The notes beneath the pieces were generated by a model. The model had not been told where the DNA came from, made no database searches, and saw only the letters and a program-made list of their open reading frames with translations. From positions 1 through 64,000 of the IMG/VR virus record IMGVR_UViG_3300045825_000202: 64,000 bases of DNA; one strand, 5' to 3'. This document shows, in pieces, positions 47,393 to 56,876 of the stretch (the stretch's first letter is position 1; every line of letters begins with the position of its first letter). Origin of the DNA: a virus. Made by a program: the position numbers and the translations under genes.

Positions 47393-47893
47393 ATGAAATA
47401 CAGCGAACTAAGAGAAACTATACAAACCGGAGACCTACTAGCTTGGTCTGAGGGAGGTAAGTGGAACTCATGGAGAAATATACAACTTAACTTAGTTCGT
47501 ATGGGTACTATGAGTGACTATAACCACGTAGGGGTTGCCTACGTAGTATCTGGAAGAGTATTCGTAGTAGAGGCAGTAGTACCTTATGTAAGAATTTACC
47601 CCTTGTCTAAACTACTGCCCTTCTACTATATTAGAACTAACTTTAGAACTACAGATGCTACTGAAGAGAAGCTCCTACAATATATAGGTACCCCATACTC
47701 TAAGTGGGAGGCTATTAAAGCAGCATTTACTAAAGATACTAATAATACTAAAGTTATGCAGTGTGCCAAACTAGTAAACGACCTATTTACCGAGTTTGAT
47801 ATAGGATATAAGGGTATCAACGATACTCCTGAAGCTGTCGTAAATTATACTTTAGATAATAGTAATAGTCCTATAAACTATATCAAAGAGTAA
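47393..47893 (+). CDS. permuted papain-like (YiiX/YebB) enzyme
   Basis: GDLL, HVG, EA, G.PY and C..LV...TP motifs. Confidence 0.75.
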   Translation: MKYSELRETIQTGDLLAWSEGGKWNSWRNIQLNLVRMGTMSDYNHVGVAYVVSGRVFVVEAVVPYVRIYPLSKLLPFYYIRTNFRTTDATEEKLLQYIGTPYSKWEAIKAAFTKDTNNTKVMQCAKLVNDLFTEFDIGYKGINDTPEAVVNYTLDNSNSPINYIKE

Positions 47894-47969
47894 CTGTACT
47901 ACTGGTCTATTTTAGACTACTTAATAATCTAAGTAACCTCCAGTAGGGGTTAACTTACTGGAGAATAAA

Positions 47970-48182
47970 ATGGACTATTTATATAAAAGTCTTGATGGTA
48001 GAACTGTTACTATTAGTAACTATATGATTCGTGCTACAGGTACTAGTTTTACTAAAGTTATTGATTTACTAACCCCTGAGGTTGGAGTTACTATTAGTCT
48101 AGAAACTATTGCTGATGAAGTACCTGCAGTAGAAGCACTACCAGAATTAGCGCCTATAGTTGCTGAAGTACCTGTAGTTTAA
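47970..48182 (+). CDS. small protein (YLYKS N-domain family)
   Basis: GGAG RBS; N-terminus like 44875. Confidence 0.6.
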   Translation: MDYLYKSLDGRTVTISNYMIRATGTSFTKVIDLLTPEVGVTISLETIADEVPAVEALPELAPIVAEVPVV

Positions 48183-48196
48183 AAGAAGGAATATTT

Positions 48197-49819
48197 ATTG
48201 GATATGTTTATAAATCTACTACAGGTCATCCTGTAAATATAGATAACTTTGTTATTACACCTGAACCTGGGCTAGAGTTAAAATATGCTAATGACGCTCT
48301 TGATGCATATATGGGTATTAATCTAGCTAGATATACAGATGGAGTGCTAGATACTGCTGATAATAGTACACCTATACAAGCTACCCGTAATAGTTCTGGA
48401 ACAGTTACGGGAATAACTGCCGCTACTAGAGATGTTGTTGCGGATCTTGGATTAGGTTCTAGTGGGGCTTCTACAGCGACAACGGTTTCTACTTTAGTAG
48501 CCCTTAGGAAAGCAGGTACTCTAGTCTCTGGAACAATTTATGCTACTGAAAATGGTTGGACGTATAAAGCAACATCGTCAACTCACTTTTTGGCGCTGAA
48601 CGGGGCACCATTACTCGCATACGGCCTATATACCGGTATTGGTGATTCAATCATGGCTAACCAGAATATTGGTGGAGTAAGCAATACAATGAGTATCATT
48701 AATTGGTACTCATCACAGATCGATAGTCCTCTAGATATGGTAGCTAATCGTGGAGTTGGTGGATATGCGCTTGCTACTATTAATTCGACTCAGGTGGCTG
48801 CTACAGTTGCAGATGCTTCAGAGATTGTCTGGCTACATGGTGGTGTAAATAATCTACGTTATGGGTATGCTACCGCTACTAGTATTGAACAGGCAGCTAT
48901 AGACCTAAAAGTAATTCTTGATGCCCTTTCCCCAGTAAAACAAGCAATCGTAGTGGACTCTGTCACCCCGTGGTTATGGGGTCCGAACGCTACTGACGGT
49001 TACCGATCTCTGGAGATTCCAGCGCTCAATAACCTAATGAAAGGGCTGTGCGCTAGGTATCCAAATGTAATTTGGAACGACATATACCCTGCTATTTTGA
49101 ATACTGCATCAAGTCTGAGTGACCCAGACACAACATGCCTACTTGATTCGCTGATACATCCAAATTCAAAAGGTGCAGCATTGCTAGGATTTCAGTCAGC
49201 TTTAAATCTTGCAGGTAAATTATATATTGTCCCTGCATACTCTATAACTAGCACTGTATCGCTTCCTACTTTTACAGGTACAACTGGAACTGCAACCCCA
49301 GGTACCGGTACAATAACTGGTAGCGCCCCTGATAGTGTAGCTGTAGCTGTATCGTCAGGTCCAGCAGCAGTGACGCTAGCAGCCAAGACATATACATCAA
49401 CACTTACTGGGCTAAATGTAATTGCTACTAATGCTGGAGCTGCCTCGTTTATTGGGATAAGTCTTAATGCAGCAGGTCTTGCTACTGCCCTAGCCGTATT
49501 TGTAGCTGGTGATAAGGTTCGATTTACCGCAACAATTCGTGTTAAGTCTGGAGTACTATTAGCTCGGGTATTTTCATACTTGCTAATCAATGGCTCAATT
49601 GTCATCGCAAACTTTACTGTAGTCCCAGCAATAGAAACTCCGAACCTTATGGCACTAGGATCAAAGTCATGGACGGCAAAAACACGAACACCTGTTTATA
49701 CGATTCCGGCAGGTATGACAGCAATTAACCCTACTGTTGGTGTACAAATTGGGGCAAGTACTGGTGCTGTCGATTTTGATCTGATCGACTGGAAGATTGA
49801 AAAATTAATAGCCTTGTAA
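48197..49819 (+). CDS. SGNH/GDSL hydrolase domain protein (frame open upstream of the annotated 48311 start)
   Basis: GDS, G.GG, G.N and D..HPN..G SGNH blocks; N-terminal YVYKS domain from 48197. Confidence 0.8.
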   Translation: MGYVYKSTTGHPVNIDNFVITPEPGLELKYANDALDAYMGINLARYTDGVLDTADNSTPIQATRNSSGTVTGITAATRDVVADLGLGSSGASTATTVSTLVALRKAGTLVSGTIYATENGWTYKATSSTHFLALNGAPLLAYGLYTGIGDSIMANQNIGGVSNTMSIINWYSSQIDSPLDMVANRGVGGYALATINSTQVAATVADASEIVWLHGGVNNLRYGYATATSIEQAAIDLKVILDALSPVKQAIVVDSVTPWLWGPNATDGYRSLEIPALNNLMKGLCARYPNVIWNDIYPAILNTASSLSDPDTTCLLDSLIHPNSKGAALLGFQSALNLAGKLYIVPAYSITSTVSLPTFTGTTGTATPGTGTITGSAPDSVAVAVSSGPAAVTLAAKTYTSTLTGLNVIATNAGAASFIGISLNAAGLATALAVFVAGDKVRFTATIRVKSGVLLARVFSYLLINGSIVIANFTVVPAIETPNLMALGSKSWTAKTRTPVYTIPAGMTAINPTVGVQIGASTGAVDFDLIDWKIEKLIAL

Positions 49820-50021
49820 ATATAATAAAAGCCTACTTAACTCTAAAAGTTAAGTAGGCGTTTTCACGTCCAAATATCCTAACCAAACTATCTGTCAAGA
49901 CTTAAATTTTTGATGTTGTATTTTCCATGAACAAAAAACCTACTTCTATTCTTTTCGTCACTAAGCATGTATAATATAACCTGTAGCAAAAATAATTCTG
50001 CTACAGAAAATAGGAGAAGTA

Positions 50022-51224
50022 ATGTGGACACTAGATAATAGTGGCGTTACTAACCTTGTAACTATACCAGCAGATGGCATAGTTACTGTTACTATGCCAC
50101 ACGGTGTAGACCTATGTGCCTATATTAATAACATGGATGTACCTATACATCATATGCATGTTAAAGCAGGTGATAAGGTTCACTTCGATATACGAAATAA
50201 AAAGGAAGCTGCTACGGAAGTATCAGTAGGATATGCTGATACTCTCAGCAAGTTAATGATAGCAGGAAAACCTGCTAAAATCAAGGAGAAGAAAATGACA
50301 GAAGCAGTAAATTTATTTGCTAACCCAAACGCTGGAATGGGTTCAGCTATTGGCGGGGGCTTGGGTGCAGGTCTATTGGGCGGAGTATTGGGCGGAGCCT
50401 TACTAGGAGGCAACAAGGGTGGCCTTTTCGGAGGTAATAATGGTGGAGACACTCAATCCGGTATTAATGCTATTAATCTGAATACAGATAGTAAAATCGC
50501 AGCTAGTACTGCACTAAATGAAGCACGTTTTAATGCAGAAGCACAACGTGAACTTCAGGCAGCTATTGAACGCACCGCCGCAGCTACGCAAATGGCCTAC
50601 GCAGTAGGAAACTCGGCGTTAGGTGTGGAAATTGCTAAAGGCCAAGGTGAAACTAATGTTCAAGTAGCTTTGACTACTGGCAACTTAGGTACACAGAATG
50701 CTCTAAATGCATCTGCTACTCAAGTTTTAGTACAAAAGAATGCAGGTGATCTGTCTACACAAATTGCACTTGGGCAAGCTCAACTAGGTGTACAAGTAGC
50801 TACAAATGGTACAGCAACTGCTCTAGCATTTAAGGATGCAGCAATTGATAACCTACGTACTAGTGCACTTCTGCAAACTACTATTGTTAATGACGGTGAA
50901 AAGACTCGTAGTCTGATTACCTCTCAGTATGAAGCAACCCTGAATCGTCAGTTAGCTACAGCTCAGAATGAAATCATTGAGATGCGTGGCGACCGTAGAC
51001 TACAAGAAGCAACTGGTAATATTACTATTAGTAATGTTAACACTGCTACAGCTGTTGCTCAGCAACAACAGCAACAACAACAGCAACAACAAATCGCTAC
51101 TCTGTTAGCTAATGTTAATGCTTTGTACGCTCAAAATCAACACATCCAACAAGGTGTATTGAATATTGGTAGCGGTACAGTATCTGGCAACTCACAAACT
51201 GCTGCCAATACTAGAGTAGCTTAA
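50022..51224 (+). CDS. Gly/Ala/Gln-rich protein (second in-frame start at 50295)
   Basis: Glycine-zipper GLGAGLLGG, GEKTR.LI motif, poly-Q; AGGAG RBS at both starts. Confidence 0.8.
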   Translation: MWTLDNSGVTNLVTIPADGIVTVTMPHGVDLCAYINNMDVPIHHMHVKAGDKVHFDIRNKKEAATEVSVGYADTLSKLMIAGKPAKIKEKKMTEAVNLFANPNAGMGSAIGGGLGAGLLGGVLGGALLGGNKGGLFGGNNGGDTQSGINAINLNTDSKIAASTALNEARFNAEAQRELQAAIERTAAATQMAYAVGNSALGVEIAKGQGETNVQVALTTGNLGTQNALNASATQVLVQKNAGDLSTQIALGQAQLGVQVATNGTATALAFKDAAIDNLRTSALLQTTIVNDGEKTRSLITSQYEATLNRQLATAQNEIIEMRGDRRLQEATGNITISNVNTATAVAQQQQQQQQQQQIATLLANVNALYAQNQHIQQGVLNIGSGTVSGNSQTAANTRVA

Positions 51225-51366
51225 TAATGCTAAGTACGCTCAAAGTAATCTGGGCGTACTTAGGTAAATTAAACTGTTGGGATATATACATTCAATATGC
51301 TACCAAGGATCGTCGGTCTCAAAAGGACCGACGATTTAATGTTGATAGAAGAATTAAAGGTAAGTA

Positions 51367-51828
51367 ATGTTTCAATCTCAGATACCTTTTATAATCCCAT
51401 CTAATCCATATTTAGGCCCTAGTTTATTACCTAATGTACCCTGCGATGGACTTGATATAAACTTTACAGAGATAACCCAAGTTGGCCCAGCCGGACCACC
51501 GGGACCCGAGGGTCCAATAGGTCCACAGGGCCCGCCCGGTTCTTTAGCCGATGTACCTGTAACTCTAATAAGTACATCTACATATACTCCAACTCTTAGT
51601 GAGTACTTTATAGGAGTAGTTAGTACTACTCCAACTACTATTACTTTACCAGTAGGAACTATAGGTAAAGTATTTGTAATTAAAGATAGCCTAGGTACTT
51701 CTAGTATTAACCCAATTACTATTAGTACTACTGGTTCAAATATAGACGGTAATACTGGTACTATAATTAATAATAATTGGGCTAGTATTACTCTAATATA
51801 CGATGGGTCCGAATGGGGCATTGTATAG
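51367..51828 (+). CDS. collagen-repeat protein with C-terminal beta domain
   Basis: GPAGPPGPEGPIGPQGPPG; ITLP....G....IKD...W.I. Confidence 0.8.
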   Translation: MFQSQIPFIIPSNPYLGPSLLPNVPCDGLDINFTEITQVGPAGPPGPEGPIGPQGPPGSLADVPVTLISTSTYTPTLSEYFIGVVSTTPTTITLPVGTIGKVFVIKDSLGTSSINPITISTTGSNIDGNTGTIINNNWASITLIYDGSEWGIV

Positions 51829-51846
51829 TTTTTAAAGGAATTCAAT

Positions 51847-52392
51847 ATGTCATATAATTCACCCCTAGGGTCAAAAACAGCCTTTGGTGTTTTAGAAGTG
51901 GGAACAAATCTTACAGTAACTGCTGGAGTAATAGATATTCCACAAAGTGTAGCAACTACTGCAGATCCTACTTTTGCTACAGTAACTAGTACTGGAGCAG
52001 TAACCGATACGGGTAATCGGGTCCTTACAGGACTAACTGCTGGTACTAATGTTGCTATTACAGGTACAGCACCTAATCTAACTATTGATGTTACTCCAGT
52101 TACTACTGTAGCTACTAGACTAGTTGTATTAACAGGTCCAGTACTTAATACAGACTATTATGTAGGTGTAGTTGCTGTAGTCCCAGTTACTTTAACTTTA
52201 CCAGTAGGTGTTGCCGGTACTGAGGTTATAATTAAATCTGAAGTAGGTAATGCTGGTAATATTACCGTTGTAGGTAATATTGTAGGAGAAACAGTTGAAG
52301 GATTTATTAGTCCTTTAGGCTACTCACTACCTTTTGCTAGTAATGCAAGTGTAACTTTAGTATATAGAGGCACTAACTGGAACGCAGTATAA
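51847..52392 (+). CDS. fibre-like protein paralogous to the 51367 C-domain
   Basis: DYY.GV, LTLP....G....IK.E and L.Y.G..W motifs. Confidence 0.7.
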   Translation: MSYNSPLGSKTAFGVLEVGTNLTVTAGVIDIPQSVATTADPTFATVTSTGAVTDTGNRVLTGLTAGTNVAITGTAPNLTIDVTPVTTVATRLVVLTGPVLNTDYYVGVVAVVPVTLTLPVGVAGTEVIIKSEVGNAGNITVVGNIVGETVEGFISPLGYSLPFASNASVTLVYRGTNWNAV

Positions 52393-52393
52393 T

Positions 52394-52753
52394 ATGTTAA
52401 CACAACTCCTTAATATAGTTACTCCAGAAGCACTTGCTTCTGCTGTAAGATCTAATCCTAAAGTAGTACAGGCCTCTTTACGTAAGTTTAGTACCTATGT
52501 AGCTTTTGGAGACGCACTTAGTAGTAACCAACAAATAGTTGTATCTAATAATTTAGATAAACTAGAATCCTTTTTCAAAGATGATGTAGGTAAAAGAGCT
52601 GCGGTAACTTTTGTAGGGGAATTTTGTACTTTTGTATCTCAACTAGACCCACCTAAAGCTATTAAAGCACCTTTAATTGAAGCAACGGATAGAGCTGCTT
52701 TACGTGCTCAGATTGAGGAAGAAGTTAGAGCAGAGATGCTCTTAAAGAAATAA
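52394..52753 (+). CDS. hypothetical protein
   Basis: 119-aa ORF ending at the terminator. Confidence 0.65.
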   Translation: MLTQLLNIVTPEALASAVRSNPKVVQASLRKFSTYVAFGDALSSNQQIVVSNNLDKLESFFKDDVGKRAAVTFVGEFCTFVSQLDPPKAIKAPLIEATDRAALRAQIEEEVRAEMLLKK

Positions 52754-52787
52754 AAAACCCGCTTAGAGTAATCTAAGCGGGTTTTTG
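52753..52787. terminator. bidirectional terminator between convergent gene blocks
   Basis: AAAACCCGCTTAGA/TCTAAGCGGGTTTT. Confidence 0.88.
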
Positions 52788-52792
52788 CTATG

Positions 52793-54817
52793 CTAACGGA
52801 TTGGGCAAGATCCAGTGGAACATTCATTACCACTAATTTCAGCGTCACTATTTACACTATCTAGATCAATTTCTAGTAACTGTAAAACATATTTATCATA
52901 CGTTTCTTTAGTAACAATCTGTTGAGGTAGATAGGCATACCCTAGATCTTCAGCGGTCTTAGTATGATCATTTCTAAATAAGAAACTAACTGCTACATAG
53001 TTATCCCAATTATGGAATAACCAGTCTACAATTTCTTCTGTCTCATCAATAGAGTATGAAATAGTACAGCTAACATTCTGATGGCAGTAACTACTCATCA
53101 GCATCTTATACCTCTCTAGTTGAGTAATAGCAGACTCTAGGTTTAGTTCAACTCCATTTACTTCTGTAAACTCTACTCCATCATATTTAACTGGTAGTGC
53201 AATAATTACAGCACCTGGATCTGTAGGATGAGTTGTTACTTTATAGTTAGCACTACGAAGTATTGGGATTAAAGGATCATGAATACCAAAACTAACATTA
53301 TTAAATAAGTATCTACCTAGTGGAGTATGTACCCCCTCTGTAGAGTCAAAGCACTTACTAATCGTACCTTCCGGTTTTAATGCACTAACATTCTTCGGCA
53401 AAGGTGTACCTAATTCTTTAGCCATAGTATACGTAGCAAAAGTAGCTATACGCTCAATTCTAGTATACTCATACGCTAGCATATCTGGACGCATAGCAAT
53501 ACCCATTAAACTTACACCACAAAGATGTAAATGAGCGTTACTTAGATTCCATTTCTCTTGAAGAATACCATCATTGAAATCTACAATAGTCTGCCTATAA
53601 TTAGCTCTAGCAACTACCTCAGTTGCACGTAGAAGTCCTTGCATATTAGATTTAAACTTAGATACGTCGATTGTTACAAGGTTACATGTTCCACCGTCTG
53701 GGAGCAAAATTTCATAACAGGGATTAAGTCCCTTTGCCCATGGAGCTCTTGCAAGCATATGCTGAGCATTAACAAAACCGGGCTCCCCATTACCACCTTT
53801 ATTAAGCATACCAAAAATACTAGTTAGTTCTTCATGCGAGGGCTTATTAAAGAAAAGTAACGAGTTATTGCTTTGATGTCGATGATATTTCCCATTAGAT
53901 TTAATGTCTGCCTTTAGATTCACAAACTCTTTCCAGCGAGGATTTTCTCTAGACATTAGTAAAGATTCTGCAGCACGTCTAGTAGATAGCACTGTACCTA
54001 ATAGATTAATGATATCCCCGATATCAATCTCGGTTAATAGTGAATCAGCTTTAGCATTTAGTATATTAAAGATTTCTAGATATGCAGTAGCTAGTCCAGT
54101 ATCAGATTGACTTAACCACCCATAGTTACGTAGTCTAGCTCCTGCGCCTCTAATCTGTGTAAAATCTAGTACTAGTGTTTTAGCAGGGTATTTACATGCT
54201 AATAGTTTACCAATAGATTTAGCCCATGCTCTAGCAGAATCCCCTACTTTAATAGTCCATGTATTACTATCTGGGTCCCATGACTCTAAATTATTTTCTG
54301 GACCCTTATCTGTAGGTGCTCTAGTAGTACGGATAATTCTAATATTAGGGATATGCTCTCTAAAACCTGTTAGGGTACCTACTTCAGGTAGACCTGTAAC
54401 TCCTGCTCCATTTAGTAATCCCCAAAATAGATCTACTATATCGTGTACAGTAGTTACTTTAATAAAAGCACAGTTAAACTGACTTAACTCTACACTCTTT
54501 CCAATAGGTGTACCACCCAACCACAGAGTTCTTCCCGCTACACAAACCTTACGTTCTAGCATAAGATCTCGTAGTTCCATTAATTCAGTAACCTGTTCAT
54601 TACTTAAAGATACCCACTCTTGCATATCTTCAGTAATATCATGTAGAGGCATTTCTGGAATATTTGAGTGGGTAAGCGCACGTTCCCACAGCCACTGTTG
54701 ATGGTTAGTTACACGATTAATTGTATCTTCCCATGTTTCAAAGATAGTACCTTCTTCATTAAGTGGTCTATTATAGGTTCTTCGCGTAATTATCTGTGCT
54801 CGTGTACTTACCATCAA
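52793..54817 (-). CDS. nrdJ: class II (B12-dependent) ribonucleotide reductase
   Basis: RRTY.R, GR.LW..G, FNC, NPC.EI.L, CNL, KPEGT.S and C-terminal C..G.CPI. Confidence 0.9.
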   Translation of the reverse strand: MMVSTRAQIITRRTYNRPLNEEGTIFETWEDTINRVTNHQQWLWERALTHSNIPEMPLHDITEDMQEWVSLSNEQVTELMELRDLMLERKVCVAGRTLWLGGTPIGKSVELSQFNCAFIKVTTVHDIVDLFWGLLNGAGVTGLPEVGTLTGFREHIPNIRIIRTTRAPTDKGPENNLESWDPDSNTWTIKVGDSARAWAKSIGKLLACKYPAKTLVLDFTQIRGAGARLRNYGWLSQSDTGLATAYLEIFNILNAKADSLLTEIDIGDIINLLGTVLSTRRAAESLLMSRENPRWKEFVNLKADIKSNGKYHRHQSNNSLLFFNKPSHEELTSIFGMLNKGGNGEPGFVNAQHMLARAPWAKGLNPCYEILLPDGGTCNLVTIDVSKFKSNMQGLLRATEVVARANYRQTIVDFNDGILQEKWNLSNAHLHLCGVSLMGIAMRPDMLAYEYTRIERIATFATYTMAKELGTPLPKNVSALKPEGTISKCFDSTEGVHTPLGRYLFNNVSFGIHDPLIPILRSANYKVTTHPTDPGAVIIALPVKYDGVEFTEVNGVELNLESAITQLERYKMLMSSYCHQNVSCTISYSIDETEEIVDWLFHNWDNYVAVSFLFRNDHTKTAEDLGYAYLPQQIVTKETYDKYVLQLLEIDLDSVNSDAEISGNECSTGSCPIR

Positions 54818-55056
54818 TTATTTCCCTTTATAACTCTACGCCCAACTGCTGAAATAAAACTACTTCTTAAATGGTCTAATACGTTCTCAATTGTATGTTT
54901 CTCTTCCTGGTCATATGCCATAGGTAGTAATATCCTATCTAAAGTCTTAATTGCCTCAGCAATTTTAGTTTCTGCTTCATTCATTTTATACTCCAGTTGA
55001 ACCAAATCCACCAGTTCCACGCTCCGTATCATTCCATTCTTCTTCAGTACCTTCAA
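54814..55056 (-). CDS. hypothetical protein (true start probably 54984)
   Basis: GGAG RBS precedes MNEAETK. Confidence 0.5.
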   Translation of the reverse strand: MKVLKKNGMIRSVELVDLVQLEYKMNEAETKIAEAIKTLDRILLPMAYDQEEKHTIENVLDHLRSSFISAVGRRVIKGNN

Positions 55057-55423
55057 ATTCTACAAACTTTGCTAGTATAATAGGGCTGATGACTAACTGC
55101 GCAATTCTAGTAGAATAAGGATAGATAAAGTAAGGCTCTTCTCCATTATTTTTTAGTAGGACTTTAACGGTGGCAGTGTAGCCTGAATCAATAATTCCGG
55201 TTCCGTTAGCAATTTGAACTCCAATCTTACCTTGCGAACTCCTATTGAAAACAAAGCCTACGTATCCTACTGGAATTTTAATTGCTACTCCTGTATCAAT
55301 CATTTCTTGTTCGCCTGGGTAGATATGAACTTCTGTGTTAGAGAATAGGTCCGCACCTGCATCTGTTTCATGTGCCCTATATGGATTTAACCCATAGTTA
55401 TCTAGTTTAGTTACGATATTCAA
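54986..55423 (-). CDS. dut: dUTPase
   Basis: AGADL, RSS, G.ID.GY, RIAQLV and RG.GGFGSTG motifs. Confidence 0.95.
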   Translation of the reverse strand: MNIVTKLDNYGLNPYRAHETDAGADLFSNTEVHIYPGEQEMIDTGVAIKIPVGYVGFVFNRSSQGKIGVQIANGTGIIDSGYTATVKVLLKNNGEEPYFIYPYSTRIAQLVISPIILAKFVEFEGTEEEWNDTERGTGGFGSTGV

Positions 55424-56256
55424 AGATAGTCCTTTAGTTGTTGATCTAGTTTTTTAATATTTTCTTCTCCAATAGCTTCTTCACAGTATGTTACTAAGTC
55501 CATAAGTTGATAGTTAAGCTGTAGATTATCTACCCCAAATCTATTTAAAGATTCAATGTACTTATACTTGCCCTGTAAGGGCATAGCCGCCATGATATCA
55601 TATACTGATCCGTACTCTTGTACCAATGAGTGCGCGCGTTTAGGACCAATACCTGCTACACCGTTTACATTGTCGCCCGCATCACCCTGCAAAATTTTAA
55701 TACTAATATAGTCTTCCGGTTCCCAATCGTAGTGTTCGTGCCAGTTCTCTACTGTAAATTCTTTTCTAGTAACATAGCTAAACTGAGATACTCTATCTCC
55801 AACTAGAAGATTCAGATCCCGATCTGAACTTACGATCCAGATATGGTCTTTACCTAAGCGTTTAACTTTAGAGCAGATGAAAGCAATAGTATCATCTGCT
55901 TCTACTCCTTGATAGCGAATGATAGGGTAATCTGAGTTTTCTGCTACATATACTAAAGACGCTTCAAAACTCTGGAAGAAAGCTTCAAACTCCTCTCGTT
56001 CTCGATCAGTCTGAGCGTCCTGCTTTTGTTTACGGTTATACTTATACTCAGGATATATACCTTTTCTATAGGAAGAGCCGCCTTTATCTACACATACTAT
56101 AACCTTATCAGCCTTATAGGATCGCTTTAGACTATTAATCATTTCTAGATACTTCTTATAGTAATCTACTGTACCTCTAAAGGAGAAACTCATATTAAGC
56201 CCGTCTACTAGAAGTAGGTTATTACCTGATTCGGTCATTGATTTAAATGTTTTCAT
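55420..56256 (-). CDS. D15: 5'-3' exonuclease / flap endonuclease (T5 D15-like)
   Basis: VDG, YK.NR, EADD, SSD.D and GD..DN..GV.GIGPK.A motifs. Confidence 0.92.
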   Translation of the reverse strand: MKTFKSMTESGNNLLLVDGLNMSFSFRGTVDYYKKYLEMINSLKRSYKADKVIVCVDKGGSSYRKGIYPEYKYNRKQKQDAQTDREREEFEAFFQSFEASLVYVAENSDYPIIRYQGVEADDTIAFICSKVKRLGKDHIWIVSSDRDLNLLVGDRVSQFSYVTRKEFTVENWHEHYDWEPEDYISIKILQGDAGDNVNGVAGIGPKRAHSLVQEYGSVYDIMAAMPLQGKYKYIESLNRFGVDNLQLNYQLMDLVTYCEEAIGEENIKKLDQQLKDYL

Positions 56257-56699
56257 GTAAATTTAGGATTCTCTTGTTTTATCCATTGCTCAAGTAGGGA
56301 TATATAGAAACTATGTTCTCCAATACTAATAAATACATGATCTACAGTATTAGGAATATCCGCATAAGCAGCAAAGATTTTACTTCTATCGAATTTAAAT
56401 AAAAGAAGGGGCTTACGGTTAGTCTGTACCCCTTGTCTTACTGCTTGCTGCCAGAATTGAATTAATTGTGGATTTTTTGAACTTAGGATCTTTGAATCAA
56501 ATTGCTCGTCGGTGTAGTTCTTACATTCAATGCAGAATATATTATTGATACCTACTAGATAAATATCGCCCTTTAATTGATGCTTAGGGTCAAGTGCTCC
56601 ACTACCAGGTACACGTTCGAATGGTAGTCCTGTCAACTCACGCAACTTATCCCTAATCACGGTCTCACCACGAGCACCTTTCTGATTACTAGTAACCAT
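56253..56699 (-). CDS. D14: PD-(D/E)xK endonuclease / resolvase (T5 D14-like)
   Basis: KG.R.E, R.P.SGA, GD and IECK motifs. Confidence 0.85.
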   Translation of the reverse strand: MVTSNQKGARGETVIRDKLRELTGLPFERVPGSGALDPKHQLKGDIYLVGINNIFCIECKNYTDEQFDSKILSSKNPQLIQFWQQAVRQGVQTNRKPLLLFKFDRSKIFAAYADIPNTVDHVFISIGEHSFYISLLEQWIKQENPKFT

Positions 56700-56875
56700 T
56701 AAGGGGCTAGTCCAAAGTGAGTAATAAACATTTCTAGTGGTAGTGAGTGCTCTTGCGATTTAAGAACTCTAGTAAATACTACTGTTTTTACACCGTCCTG
56801 ATAGTCTACACTTACTACGTTTACTATATCCTTATGTATAGACTTATTATAGTATAGTTTGTTTACTTCAATCAT
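56699..56875 (-). CDS. small hypothetical protein (58 aa, not in ORF track)
   Basis: Translated by hand: MIEVNKLYYN...HFGLAP; exactly fills the D13-D14 gap, with GGAG RBS. Confidence 0.6.
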   Translation of the reverse strand: MIEVNKLYYNKSIHKDIVNVVSVDYQDGVKTVVFTRVLKSQEHSLPLEMFITHFGLAP

Positions 56876-56876
56876 A

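Noticed and set aside
21521-54110. Numerous antisense ORFs inside structural and RNR genes
   Set aside because: Fully overlap well-supported genes on the opposite strand and have no motifs.
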